Part shown: piece after piece, positions 37,681-50,539 of the stretch
Numbering within the stretch: position 1 is the stretch's first letter
How the letters are laid out: the number at the start of each line of letters is the position of its first letter
Assembly (NCBI GenBank): GCA_963514005.1
Contig: OY740818.1
Span: 17,608,001-17,672,000 of the forward strand
Direction of reading: 5' to 3'
Length of the DNA stretch: 64,000 nt
Source: Raja brachyura
Taxonomy: Eukaryota
Position numbers and translations under genes: made by a program
Notes under the pieces: model-generated
The model's database searches: none
The model's input: the letters and a program-made list of their open reading frames with translations, nothing else
What the model was told of the DNA's origin: nothing

Positions 37681-40600
37681 GTGAGTATTAGAAACATAGA
37701 AAATTGTTGCAGCCGGTAGGCCATTCGGCCCTTTGAGCCTGCACCGCCATTCAATATGATCATGGCTGATCATCCAACTCAGTATCCCGTACCTGCCTTC
37801 TCTCCATACCCTCTGATCCCCTTAGCCACAAGGGCCACATCTAACTCCCTCTTAAATATAGCCAATGAACTGGCCTCAACTACCCTCTGTGGCAGAGAGT
37901 TCCAGAGACCCACCACTCTCTGTGTGAAAAACGTCCTTCTCATCTCGGTCCTAAAGGATTTCCCCCTTATCCTTAAGCTGTGGCCCCTTGTCCTGGACCT
38001 CCCCAACATCGGGAACAATCTTCCTGCATCTAGCCTGTCCAACCCCTTAAGAATTTTGTAAGTTTCTTTAAGATCCCCTCTCAATCTCCTAAATTCTAGA
38101 GAGTATAAACCGAGTCTATGCAGTCTTTGTTCATAAGACAGTCCTGACATCCCAGGAATCAGTCTGGTGAACCTTCTCTGCACTCCCTCTATGGCAATAA
38201 TGTCCTTCCTCAGATTGTTCTTGTTTCGGATGACAGGATGCCTGAAAAGGGGGAAGTAGATATTCCAGTTGTTCCGACTTCAGAAGCGATGGAGAATAGG
38301 TGCCTTGTCCTGTCTAGTGTGCAATGACCCTTTTATTGGCCACTCAAGTAGGTTTGTGGAAAGGTTATACTGTTGTATGAGCAACCCACCATTCCCACTA
38401 AGGCACCTCAGGTAACAAAATCTGCTAAATCTGGCTCTCTGTGATCCAACATTAGTTGGGAGAAACGGTTATGAAAGATGAGATTAAAAATCCAGTGGGT
38501 TTACTTGCTGTGGAGAAGATGATGTTCTGACATAATCTGTGTTTCAAACCCAGCGAAGCCACTTAATTCCAATGCGTTATTACAACTTGTGATAATTTTG
38601 AAGACCTCTTCATCGGGTTTAATTTTAGTGGAAACTCCACACTTCCTCGAGGCAACTGTCAAAAATAATCAAAATGCTTTCTCTAATAATTAAAATATTC
38701 ACAAACGTCAACTCTCCTAACATTAACGAGACATTAACGTTTGAAGAAGGGTCTCGACCCAAAACGTTACACATTCCTTCTCTCCAGACATGCTGCCTGT
38801 CCCGCTGAGTTACTCCAGCTTTTAGTATTTATCTTCGGTTTAAACCAGCATCTGCAGTTCCTTCCTACTCGTTACTTTACCATGTACCTATACACTGTAA
38901 ATGGCTCGATTGTAATCATGTATTGTCTTTCTGCTGATTGCATAGCACACAACACAAATTTTCACTGTATCTCGGTGCACATGACAATAAATTAAACTGA
39001 ACTGAACGGATCTGTTTTTCCCTCTCAACTCCATTCTCCTGCCTTTGCCCCAGAAACTCTGGCACCTGGGTGATTAAATTAGGGATGGCCAACAAATGCT
39101 GGATTTGCCAGCAATGTTTTTGTGCCGTGGAAAAATAAAATTTGATTTTTGGTGCTCCTTTTTAAGCACCTCAATGTCCTATTAATATTTGAAGCAGTGC
39201 ATGGCATTAATCTGGTGCGTGCTGAGATTCATGTGATTCTTGTGGTTCCATTTACAGAGTTACTTTGAAAGTTACCTCTCGCTCGCGTCGACTGTGCCTT
39301 CTGTCGTATGCCTAATAATCAACTACCTCCTGGTGGACAAGTAAGTATTTTCACTCTTGTCATTCCCTCTCCTCCCCTCTCCCTTCCAGCAGAAGAAATA
39401 AAAGCTTGAGAGAATGTAGCATCAGACTCGGGGAAACAGGCTCGGTGGTGCAGCGGTAGAGTGCTTTCAGCGCCGAGACCCGGGTTCGATCCCGACTACG
39501 GGTGCTGTCCGTACGGAGTTTGTATGTTCGCCCCTTGACCGCGTGGGTTTTCTCCGAGATCTTCGGTTTCCTCCCACACTCCAAAGACGTACAGGGTTGT
39601 AGGGTCATTGGTTTGGTATGTTGAAAAAATTGTCCCTAATGTGTGTGGATGGATAGAGTTGGTGTGCGGGGATCGCTGGTTGGCGGGGATCCGGTGGGCT
39701 GGAGGGCCTGTTTCCACACTAAACCAAACAGCTTCTTCCCCTCTATCAGACAACTGAATGGTCTCCCATATCCCATCTTCCAACCTAACTGATTGCAAAC
39801 ATTGGACTTTACTGCTAGTTTGCTGTCTTTGAACGTCACCACTCTTCCATCTTCCTTCCCTGTTAGAATTTCTGCCAAGGTTCGTGTGCTGTCATCGCTG
39901 TTCATCATGCTGGTTATATTCTGTATCACCACCGTCGTGGTGAAAGTGGACACCTCCACATGGACGTACGGGTTCTTTGGTCTGACTATGTGCTGTGTGG
40001 CCATTGTCAGCGGAGCTTCCAACGTCTTTCTGGGCAGCGTGTTTGGTGAGGTTGGAAGATTTCCCATGAGGAATGCGCAGGCTTTGATTTCAGGTGAGAT
40101 ATATCAACCTCATTCAGCCTACTGGGTTCCACATTGATGCTGATAACAGACAATAGGTGCAGGAGTAGGCCATTCGGCCATTTGATCCAGCACCTCCATT
40201 CAATGTGATCATGGCTGATCATCCCCAATCAGTAGGTATGTTACAAAACTTACCTTTACCGGCGCTGCACTTCTGCCGCTCCCCGTGTGCGCGACTTTCG
40301 CGCCTTGCAGAGGGGGGCGGGCTTAAAGTGCCGTTTTTCCACAGGCCTGGATAATCGATGAATGTCGGGCGATTTGGTTGCTGAAGAAAAATCGCTCCGA
40401 CATTTAATGAATGGTGGTATTTTTAAATTACTCTAGATTATTTATTAACTAGAGTAATTTAAAAATCACCTTCAAAAGCCGTGACCGCAGACAACCGGAA
40501 GCATTTTGCGTAGGGAAGAAAAAAAGGTAAATACTTTATTTTTATATTAAAAGTTGGTTTTTCGGGAGGCATTAATAATATTTTTATGTTGCGAAATGGG

Positions 40601-43600
40601 TTCCCCAAAAAATGTATGAACCCCCAGTATTTTTCCCCCCGACTTCACCGCTAACCGCAACGTTCCAATCCACCGCATTCCGCTAAAACCCACTCGCTAG
40701 TTGATTTAAATGGCCATTAATTTACAGGAATCATCACTAAATTCCTTCCATTTGGCCCAGAAATTCATGAAAATGAGATTTAAAAATTATGTTATATTGT
40801 GGATTATTGTGTGAATGTTATTTGGACACTTAGGCAATTTTTAAAAAGTTTATCTTTTCTTAAGAAATTGATAGATGTTTAGATCTACTCATTGAATTTT
40901 GTAATTAGCTACAATTAGATAACTAACTAATTATATGCTTTAATTTCAGGTAATCCAAGTACGATTGTTTAATATTTGTTTCAGAATGCTTCAATCTATA
41001 ATAACTGAAAATTTCATTGAGTTCTCTTAATTTTTAAGAATGTTATGGACATTTAACTTTTCCAGATCACAGCTTTTGAGTTAAGTCAATTGAAAGGCAA
41101 TGGGAAGCAAGATGCTCATTTCCCAGTATGAAAATGGCCATAACTTTCTTAATACTGAAGATATGAAAGTAAATTAGGTGTCAAATTAAACTTCTTTTTA
41201 TGCTTTATCTGATGGGATAAATTGCAGACTTGATTTTTAAAATCTCAAAATTTTGTAACATTGCTACAATCAGTACCCCGTTCCTGCCTTCTCCCCATAT
41301 CCCCTGACTCCGCTATCTTTAAGAGCCGTATCTAGCTCGTGCTGATCTGATGATCCAAACAATTCTGCATTTTCTCATCTTGCCCCATCAGCCCATCTAT
41401 TCTTTCTCCCATCCACTTAATCAACTTGCATGAAGGCATCAATGGATTTTGTTAGTTCCTGGTATAGCAGGCTCCAAATGTTGCTGCTCGACCCATGGAA
41501 TATTCCATTGATTTTTTTTATTTGATCCATTACCAACTTTGAACCATCCAGCAGACCAGGCAACCATTTATCTTCTTGAATCTCTTGTAAATAAGTCTAG
41601 TTAATCCAACTCCATTCTTGTGTTTGGCATCAAGCGATGTTATACAATGTTGCAGATTATTGGCATGTTGCCATTATTTCTCTTTGCCTATTTGTGTGGT
41701 CTTGCTGGCTGAGCATCTCCCTCGCTAAGTAGCTACTTGGCCACCAAGCACGGTGGCACAGCGGTAGAGTTGCAGCTTGCAGCGCTGGAGACCCGGGTTT
41801 GATCCTGACGTTTTCCCCATGACCGCGTGGGTTTCATCCGAGAACTTCGGTGTCCTCCCACACTCCAAAGACGTGCAGGTATGTAGGTCAATTGGCTTGG
41901 TGTTTGTGTAAATTGTCCCTAGTGTGTGTTGGGTCGTGTTAATGTGCGGGGATTGTTGGTCTGTGGGCCGAAGGGCCTGTTTCCACGCGGTATCTCTAAA
42001 CTAAACTCTCCAACGACATTAACCTTGTCAGGGCTATTCTCCATTCATCGAATCATTGTGCAAGTTGTGCATTGTAACGTGTAAAGGGCCTGTCCCACCA
42101 GCATGCAACTCTATGCAATTAGCGCAACCTAGCGTGGTCGCTTGAGCTGTCCGGCGTCGCGGGGCCGGTCCCACTTCGATCGCCGGAGCCGTGCGGAATT
42201 GTGCGGAGTTCGTCCCGACATCGCGCCGGGCTCCGAAAAACTGACCATGTTCAAAAATTCTGCGTGGCAACGGCTTGTCGGCTCGCAGTCGCTTCGACAC
42301 ATTACACACCGCCTCAACTTCATGCCTCCGTGGCCCTCTCTGTGTGTGCCTCTGTGCCCCTCTCTGTGTGCCCCTCTCTGTCCTGGCCGAACTTACCCTT
42401 AAGACTTTGCTCCATGTTAGCCTCACTTTGCGCCGCGTTGCGCCACTCACCCGACCTCCGCGTGCCCCTCGCTGCCGGTTTGGTCGCGCTTGCCGCATGC
42501 AGGCGCATGCTGTTGGGAACGGCCCTGTACAGGGATCACCCGACCTCCGCGCGGCCCCCGCTTCTAGTTTGATCGCGCTCATCGCATGGAGTCGGCTGCT
42601 GGTAGGACAGGCCCTTAAGGTGTAAGCCATTTAGAACGGCGATGAAACACTTTTTCTCACAGAGAGTGGGGAGTCTGTGGAATTCTCTGCCTCAAAGGGC
42701 GGTGGAGGCCGGTTCTCTGGATGCTTTCAAGAGAGAGCTAGATAGGGCTCTTAAAAATAGTGGAGTCAGGGGATATAGGGAGAAGGCAGGTACGAGGTAC
42801 TGATTGGGGATGATCAGCCTTGATCACATTGAATGGCGGTGCTGGCCCGAAGGACCTAATGGCCTACTCCTGTTGTCTATTGTCTATTGACCTATTTTGC
42901 CTCCTGGCATGTAGGGCAGCAACGAAGGTCCTCCACTCAGTAGCGTTCATTCCTTCAGTTGCTGTTTCCGTAACAAATTTGTTTTACAAGACAGGGATGT
43001 TAGCCCAGTGCTCAACCCCCAACCTGGAGGACCAGTGGATCGATCGCTCTTCGTCTCATCTCTCTCCCCTTCGACCTGTCCAGCATGGGAGACCCTAGCA
43101 GGAGACAAATCTCCCGCTGGCGTAGCTCTAGAGGTCACTGAGACACACAAGCTCCCCGACCACGACAAGGGAGCATTAAATGATAGCATTCTATTAATAT
43201 CCGCATCCCAAGAATGCATATATATATTTTTAAAACTTTTTAAAAACTTTTTTAAATATACATATTTTTTAAACTTTTTTTCATAATGAATCATTGATAG
43301 TGTGACTCCTGTTCACTTTTCTCCTTGTTTCCCTGTGTAGGACAAGCCATGGGTGGTACGATCAGTGCTGTGGCTTCACTTATTGACCTGGCCGCTGCTA
43401 GCACTGTTGAGGACAGTGCACTGGCCTACTTTATTACTGCTGATATCTTCCTCGTGATCTGCATTGCCATCTACTTGCTGCTCCCCAAAATCCCATATGC
43501 CAAGTAAGCATGGTTTTTTTTTTCTTCTTCATCTTTCTTTTAGAAGCTGAAATCTCTGTTTCATCTCTTTGCTGCTCAACTTAATAACTCCAATGGGAGA

Positions 43601-46600
43601 GGTATATTTGCTCGTACTTAAATACAAGACTGAAATGTTGTTGGTGCTCCAGGTTCAGAGTAGAGTCTTACTCTGTGGGAGTCGGGCTGTGAAGTTCATA
43701 AGTTCTAGGAGCAGAATTGGGCCATTCCGCCCATCAAGTCTACACAGCCATTCAATCATGGCTGATCTCTCTTTTCCTCTTGACCCCATTCTCCTGCCTT
43801 CCCCATATCCCATGATAGCCATGCTAATCAAGAATCTATCTATCTCTGCTGTAAAAATATCCATTGACTTGGCCTCCACAGCCTTCTGTGGCAATGAATT
43901 CCACAGATTTACCACCCTCTGACTAAAGAAAGTTCTCCCCCTTCCCAAAGGACCATCCTTTTATTCTGAGGCTGTGCTCTCTGGTCCTAGACTCTCCTAC
44001 TAGTGGAAACATCCTCTCCACATCCACTCTATACAGTCAGTCATAGAATCATAGAAAATAGGTGCAGGAGTAGGCCATTCGGCCCTTCGAGCCTGCACCG
44101 CCATTCAATATGATCATGGCTGATCATCCAACTCAGTATCCCGTACCTGCCTTCTCTCCATACCCTCTGATCCCACAAGGGCCACATCTAACTCCCTCTT
44201 AAATATAGCCAATGAACTGGCCTCAACTACCCTCTGTGGCAGAGAATTCCAGAGACCCACCACTCTCTGTGTGAAAAAAGTCCTTCTCATCTCGGTCTTA
44301 AAGGATTTCCCCCTTATCCTTAAGCTGTGACCCCTTGTCCTGGACCTCCCCAACATCGGGAACAATCTTACTGCATCTAGCCTGTCCAACCCCTTAAGAA
44401 TTTTGTAAGTTTCTATAAATCCCCTCTCAATCTCCTAAATTCTAGAGAGTATAAACCGAGTCTACCCAGTCTTTCTTCATAAGACAGTCCTGATATCCCA
44501 GTCAACGGCTTCAGCAACTTTCATCGATCAAGTGCCTTTAATATAGCAAGGCATCCCAACAATATTACCAGAGCATTGCAATAGCACAGTGTTTGAATTG
44601 GTAGAATATCAGCAGGAGTTATTGATCTATTGATCGAGAGACCAGAGTTCAAATTGCAGCTTGGCATTTGGGAAATTAAATTCAAGTAATTAAACAAATT
44701 TGTAATTTAAAATAAATTATAATTTCAGTAATGCTGATAATGAAATTGTGGATTAAATAGTGTTTGTAAACTTGTATTCTTTAGGAAAATAATCTTCTCT
44801 GACATGTAACTTCAAATCCTCGGACGTAGTTATCTTCTCAGCTCAAGGGTAATTCGGGATGGATAATAAATGCCAACAGTGCCACTAATGTCCATAAATG
44901 TGAAATAATTTTAAGCCATTGACCCCCAGGCATAGTAGATAATCAATGGCCAAAATCTTAGTTCGAGTCTTCAACTATGAGGCTTGTAGAGAGCAAAAAG
45001 GTGTTGGGCTCCTTAAAATAAAAGTGTCTGAAGAAGGGTCTCGACCCGAAACGTCACCCATTCCTTCGCTCCAGAGATGCTACCTGTCCCGCTGAGTTAC
45101 ACCAGCATTTTGTGTCTATCTTTGGTTTAAACCAGCATCTGCAGTTCCTTCTTGCACAGAAGGGTGCAGGCTTTGATTGATTCTAATATCTTGAGTATAT
45201 TTGCATTTAAATACACCATCACAGCATCACATTGGAAGCAAAGAGGGCTGCAATATCGGGGTGGTTTTGGAGCTGGGGGGAGGCGAGATCCCAAGAGAAA
45301 TTTGCAAATTTAAATGTGGTACTTAATTAATCCATTTGTTGGCGGAGGATTACTGATGCGTACAGGTTTTGGGGCATTGATGTTCGCATGTAAATCCACA
45401 ACAGTGATGTGCTCGGAGAATGTTGGCATTCATTAGACAGATCCTCTTGACGAGATTGGGAAATGCCACATTGGTGCAGTCAGCTTGATGTGGGCAAAGT
45501 ATTCTATTTATCTGCACTGACATCCTCTACATTGATTTTGCTTTTTCCTCCAGCATAATTAAAATTCAGACAGTCCCAGTAATGGCTAATAAATGTAAGT
45601 TATAATCCTGCCAACAGTTGCACTGTTGTCACTGGAGATGAATGAGACTAATGAGGAATAAAATGTTCGCAATCTCCCCCAACTTGTAAATCAGTGTCGA
45701 TGCTTGCACTTCACAGATTTTGAGTATGGTTCAAGTTAGTTCTCTCAAAGCACCAGTGTGCTATAATTGCAACATGACAAGCCGTGTCACACTGCACTTT
45801 CCCATTTTTGCTCACCTGGAATGGATATTTACCTTGAGAATCCATACAGACTAAAATGGATTGGAGCTTTCACAATCAGGTGTAAATGGTATTTGCAAGC
45901 CGTTTGTTCCACCCAATGCTCTGTTTTTCTGTTGCCGACTGGCAATGTTGCCATTTTGAGCCTCTACTTGTAATTACACAGACCGTTTTTAGACCATGTC
46001 TAAAAATTAACCAAGAGGTCGAAACAAGGAATTGTAGGAGCCGGGCTAAAAAACAGACACAAAGTGCTTGGGTAACTCAGCAGGTCAGGCATCATCTCTG
46101 GAGAGCATGGATAGGTGACATTTTGGGGTTGGGAAAATTTTCCTTCTTCTTCAGACCGAAGGGAAATAATTGAAGATACTCGTGTAATGGCCTAAATGTG
46201 GCCCTGCCATGTGAGGTATCGGGGCAGAAGACGAGGTTAAATTGATTTTAATGTGCATTTCAAGGGAGGAATAATCTCAGGAGAAAGGAATGGGTGACAT
46301 AACAGCTCGAGATCCTTCTTCAGACTGAAGAAGGGTCTCGACCCGAAAAGTCACCCATTCCTTCTATCCAGAGATGCTGCCTGACCCACTGAGTTAAGGG
46401 CCTGTCCCACTTTCACGACCTAATTCACAACCTTTTTTTGCTCGTGGACATTTCTCATCAGGCTAGAAAAAGGCCCCGGCCCACTTGATGCCACGAGTAC
46501 CTACGACTAGCATCACGGCCTGCTACGACCTACCTACGACCTCGTAACGACCATGCTGCGAGTATGAGTCAAGGGCAAACTCGGCAGAGGTCGTGAATTA

Positions 46601-47530
46601 GGTCGTGAAAGTGGGACAGGGCCTTTACTCCAGCATTTTGTGTCTAGCTTCACTTTTATTTCTTATCTTCTGTAACCTGTGTCCATGCTTCCCTCGTTGA
46701 TGATTCTCCAGTCAATGCAAACAGCCCGATGGCATCCACCCAATTGCATGTCTGAACGAGATCACTTAAAGATGATAGGAATATAGGTGCTTAAAAACTG
46801 TGAGACTGAAATAAGTTACTTGGAGTGTTAACTGTTTTTTAAATTTTTAATTCTCAGCTACTATCTGAGGAATCTGAATGAGAGACCACAGCATCTCGGA
46901 GATGAGAATAACAGCGTGCAGGGCAGTGAAACCAACTTGTTTAACGGGTCAGTCAGGAGTGAGTCCTTATCCAGTGATGCCACTGCAACTTCTCAATTGA
47001 AACCAATCCTCACAAAGACTGCATTCCTTGGCTTCAGTGTGTTCTACACATTCTTCATTTCCATTATCATCTTCCCTTCCATCTCGTCCAACATCATGTC
47101 AACTTCGAATGTGGTCAGTGTGTGGACCACCAAGTACTTTGTGCCGATGGTTAGCTTCCTCTTGTATAACTTTGCAGACTGGTCTGGTCGTCAGGTAACC
47201 GCTTGGATCCAAATCCCTGGGCCAAAGAGCAGACTTCTTCCCATCCTGGTGGTGTTACGCACATTGTTCTTGCCTTTGTTCATCTTCTGTAATTACCAGC
47301 CACGAGATCACTTGCACATAGTATTCTTTGCCAACGATATTTATCCTGCCATCTTCATCGCAGTTTTGGGCTTCTCCAATGGGTACTTGGGAACCCTGCC
47401 GATGATTTACGGACCAAGGATCGTGTCCAAGGAATTGTCTGAGCACACGGGGATCGTGATGTCTTTCTTCCTTGCTCTGGGTCTGGCTGCTGGCTCTGCC
47501 TTCTCAGTCCTCGTGGTTCATCTGATTTAG
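37426..47530 (+). CDS. SLC29A3: SLC29A3 / ENT3 equilibrative nucleoside transporter 3, spliced CDS join(37426..37680,39258..39340,39867..40093,43341..43503,46858..47530), 466 aa
   Basis: Spliced translation carries ENT3 motifs: [84 protein letters not shown]-like FCNYQPR, SNGYLG, C-terminal VVHLI. All introns are GT-AG with compatible phases, and the 83/227/163-nt internal exons match the human SLC29A3 exon sizes as I recall them. Confidence 0.96.
37689..38216 (-). mobile_element. CR1 LINE 3' fragment inserted about 8 nt after the SLC29A3 exon 2 donor
   Basis: ORF 37779-38183 is the CR1 RT C-terminus. Confidence 0.92.
39258..39340 (+). CDS. SLC29A3: SLC29A3 exon 3 (83 nt)
   Basis: tttacag|AGT TAC TTT GAA... 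= [27 protein letters not shown](K), donor gtaagt at 39341; not present in the ORF track. Confidence 0.95.
39867..40093 (+). CDS. SLC29A3: SLC29A3 exon 4 (227 nt)
   Basis: Polypyrimidine tract + tgttag acceptor; [15 protein letters not shown]...[12 protein letters not shown]...[11 protein letters not shown]; donor gtgag at 40094. Confidence 0.95.
40233..41266. mobile_element. Non-autonomous TIR transposon, 1034 bp, inserted in a CR1 3' end
   Basis: TIR TAG..ATGTTACAAAA (14/16 match); CAATCAG duplicated at 40226-40232 and 41267-41273. Confidence 0.8.
42085..42615. mobile_element. Harbinger-type MITE (inverse of 32892-33495)
   Basis: TIR AGGGCCTGTCC.ACCAGCA, TAA TSD. Confidence 0.85.
42890..43172 (-). 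mobile_element. Bipartite RTE-derived non-autonomous element (5' UTR joined to 3' end)
   Basis: Head CCTTGTCGTGGTCGGGGAGCTTG...AGGGTCTCCCATG typical of RTE 5' UTRs; tail TGGAGGACCTTCGTTGCTGCCCTACATGCC typical of RTE ORF ends. Confidence 0.65.
43341..43503 (+). CDS. SLC29A3: SLC29A3 exon 5 (163 nt)
   Basis: ccctgtgtag acceptor; [33 protein letters not shown]...KIPYA; donor gtaagc at 43504. Confidence 0.95.
43690..44500 (-). mobile_element. Two adjacent antisense CR1 3' fragments
   Basis: ORFs 43655-43948 and 44114-44389. Confidence 0.85.
45028..45055 (+). ncRNA. Penelope-associated minimal hammerhead-like motif (representative of many copies, e.g. 18815-18842 minus)
   Basis: CTGAAGA-A-GGGTC-TC-GACCC-GAAAC-GTC: CUGANGA and GAAA cores, stem II, palindromic ACGT in place of stem III; stem I very short. 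Confidence 0.6.
46397..46624. mobile_element. Harbinger-type MITE inserted in a Penelope-derived repeat
   Basis: TIR with CTGTCCCACTTTCACGACCTAATTCAC, TTA TSD. Confidence 0.85.
46858..47530 (+). CDS. SLC29A3: SLC29A3 terminal coding exon 6
   Basis: ttctcag acceptor; YYLRNLNE...[21 protein letters not shown]...[12 protein letters not shown], stop TAG ending 47530. Confidence 0.95.
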
Positions 47531-49215
47531 CAGGGACTTTGGGTGGAAATTCCCCCATCGTTAAATGCCAAATTAATTCCGATGTGGGCCACTCCAAGAT
47601 TGGAATTTCACCCTTTGGAAAAGGTACTTATCCTAACTAATAATGAAGTGTCGTTTTCAATGGATGGAAATTATTATGATTATTATTATTTTTAAGTACC
47701 CTCGATGAGCTCTTCAGGGCCTCCCTGACTGCTTTAAGACAATGAAGCAACCTTGTAGCATCGGAAACACAACAGTCATTTTTGTACTAAAATCTCCTAC
47801 ATGAGTAAGGCGATTCCGAACAGTAAATGTATTCTGGTAAAATTAAGTTTGGGTTAAACATTGCACAAAACTGTGGGGGAAAGATTTCAAATATATGCCT
47901 CAAGATCTGCAGTCACTTGAAAGCTGACAATACAATACCGTTTATTGTCATTTGAACCTCAAATGAAGTTCAAACGAAATTTGGTTTCTGCAGTCGTACA
48001 ACAAGAAAAGAACCAAGACACACACCAACACAATTTACACAAACATCCATCGGATGCGCCACCTGGAACAGGGACAAGCCCTCGGATTCGTCTCAAATCG
48101 GAGGTAGACGGAACGTCAAGGCGTTCACCACTCCACGAGTACTGCACTGACACCACAGCCTGGAGTTTGGTGCTCAAGTCCTGCGATTGAGACATGGAGC
48201 CTTCACCTTCTGATTCAGGAGTGTCTTCCCCATTCAACTATGGCTGACTGAGTCAAATCATACGCCGGAAGGAACTGCAGATGCTGGTTTAAACTGAAGG
48301 TAGACCCAAAAAGCTGGAGTTACTCAGCGGGACAGGCAGCATCTGTGGAGAGAAGGAATGGGGGACATTTCGGATGGAGACACTTCTTCAAATCATGTGT
48401 TGGCTGTGTTCATTGTACTGATCAAGTAGTGAATAGTCCTTAATGAACTTTAATGCAGAATCTCTCCAGTCTGAGATAAAGGGGGAGGTTGTTTTTATGT
48501 ACTATGTTCAACCAACCCTCAGGAACAACCCTCTTAAGGACGGACTAGCAGTCCCATGAATTGTAGATAATTAGTCTTGGTTGTTCCTTTGTCCCCATCT
48601 CTCTGGAACACGACTCTCTCTCGCCGTCAGGTGAGGCAGCAATGTTAAGTGCAGGTGGAACCCTGAGCTGGAAACAAGTTTCTGCCTTCAGTCTTAGGGA
48701 AGAGACGTTCATTCCACAACCACAAACTGAATATGTGCCAAAGGGCGTCCGTGCACAGTATTTTAAATGCTCTAGCATACTTCATCACACACCGGTTATG
48801 TTTGACTGCATGCCATGATCCCAGACAGGGGGGCATTGCAACAAAAAAAGGCCACTAAAAGTAAACATTTTTTTAAATATTGTCTACTCTTGGAACACAA
48901 AAGATCTGTTGTCAAATGCTCCAAGAAACTACTTTTTCTGAAGGAGGTCAGCCTCCGATCGAAAAATGTTCAGATACTTTAGAAGAGTAAATTGTGGAAG
49001 AGATTTTTTTAGACCTTAAGTTGTTACAAGTCACCTCTATTTTGCACAGAGTGGTTTGTACGTTGATCAGAAACAGTTGTGAAAATAACTAAAACCTAAG
49101 TGTTTTAACGTTTTTATCAGTTTGTATTGTGTAAATCTACACATTTTCTAAGCATTCCCTGAAAATATCACAAAGGAGTAAGCTGGCAAATAAAATTTGG
49201 ACCCATTTTTAACTT
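47531..49215 (+). other. SLC29A3: Probable SLC29A3 3' UTR with AATAAA at 49189-49194 (contains small TE fragments)
   Basis: AT-rich, largely unique sequence after the stop codon, with a canonical polyA signal followed by a T-rich tract. Confidence 0.5.
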
Positions 49216-49339
49216 GAATTAATGTTGGAGAGTTTTTGTTTCCTGGGGCATTTTGAAAATGGTTAAGCATTTGAAACTGCAACCATCGATGGTAAGGACA
49301 CACGAGTTCATGGCAGTGAATGGGCAGCGTTTGACGAAA

Positions 49340-49820
49340 TAGAAAAAAACATAGAAACATAGAAAATAGGTGCAGGAGGAGGCCATTCAGCGCTTCGAGC
49401 CAGCACCGCCATTTATTGTAATCATGGCTGATCGTCCCCTATCAATAACCTGTGCCTGCCTTCTCCCCATATCCCTTGACTCCACTAGCCCCTAGAGCTC
49501 TATCTAACTCTCTCTTAAATCCATCCAGTGACTTGGCCTCCACTGCCCTCTGTGGCAGGGAATTCCACAAATTCACAACTCTCTGGGTGAAAAAGTATTT
49601 TCTCACCTCAGTCTTAAATGACCTCCCCTTTTTCTAAGACTGTGGCCCCTGGTCCTGGACTCGCCCAACATTGGGAACATTTTTCCTGCATCTAGCTTGT
49701 CCAGTCTATTTATAATTTTATATGTTTCTATAAGATATCCCCTCGTCCTTCTAAACTCCAGTGAATACAAGCCTAGTCTTTTCAATCTTTCCTCATATGA
49801 CAGTCCTGCCATCCCTGGAT
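49340..49820 (-). mobile_element. CR1 LINE 3' fragment
   Basis: [24 protein letters not shown]. Confidence 0.88.
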
Positions 49821-50539
49821 ATCTCGGAAGATGTCTTGGTGTAATGGAAGAAGGGCTTTCATTACACACAAACTGATACATGTTTGGAATAGATGAGGGC
49901 AGTGGGGAAAACGCTCAGCTCAAGTGCTTGTTATGGGTGATGGGTCACTGCATTTTGATAATGGAGTGTCATCGTGTTCAGTTTCATCGCACACCTCCAT
50001 GTCTCCATCAACTCAACAGCCAAAACCCTCTCATTTGCCTTGGTTACCTCAGGGTGTCTATTCCAATACAATCCTGGCTGCCCCCTTTCATTCCACTGAT
50101 AACATTGAAGTTATCTGGGACCCAGCCATCAACGTCCTAGCTCTCCAGATGTCCTTCCGTCCATCATCCCTGTGCTTGCTAAAGAAATGCCAGCTCCCAG
50201 TTCAGCGATGCTTGGAATTTCTCATCCTCATTTTCAAACGCCTTTGTGGTCTTGAATGCCCTCCACCAACACCACAATCTTCGGCAGTTCCCGGCCCTTG
50301 CACGTCCCTGAATTATCAGGCCATCACCCAAGGCGTGAAATTCCCTGCCTCCCTAACACTCGCATCTTCACACGTGCCTGTTTAACCATGCTTTTGCTAT
50401 CTATACCTATCCTGCCCGTTGTCGCTGGAGTTGAAGTGTATTTGTCGATGCTCTTTTGAAGTACCTTGGCATACACTTCGTAGCTCCTCAGGTTTGTGAC
50501 GCTGCACGTCCACGACTTTTTCCCCCTTTACAAATAATC

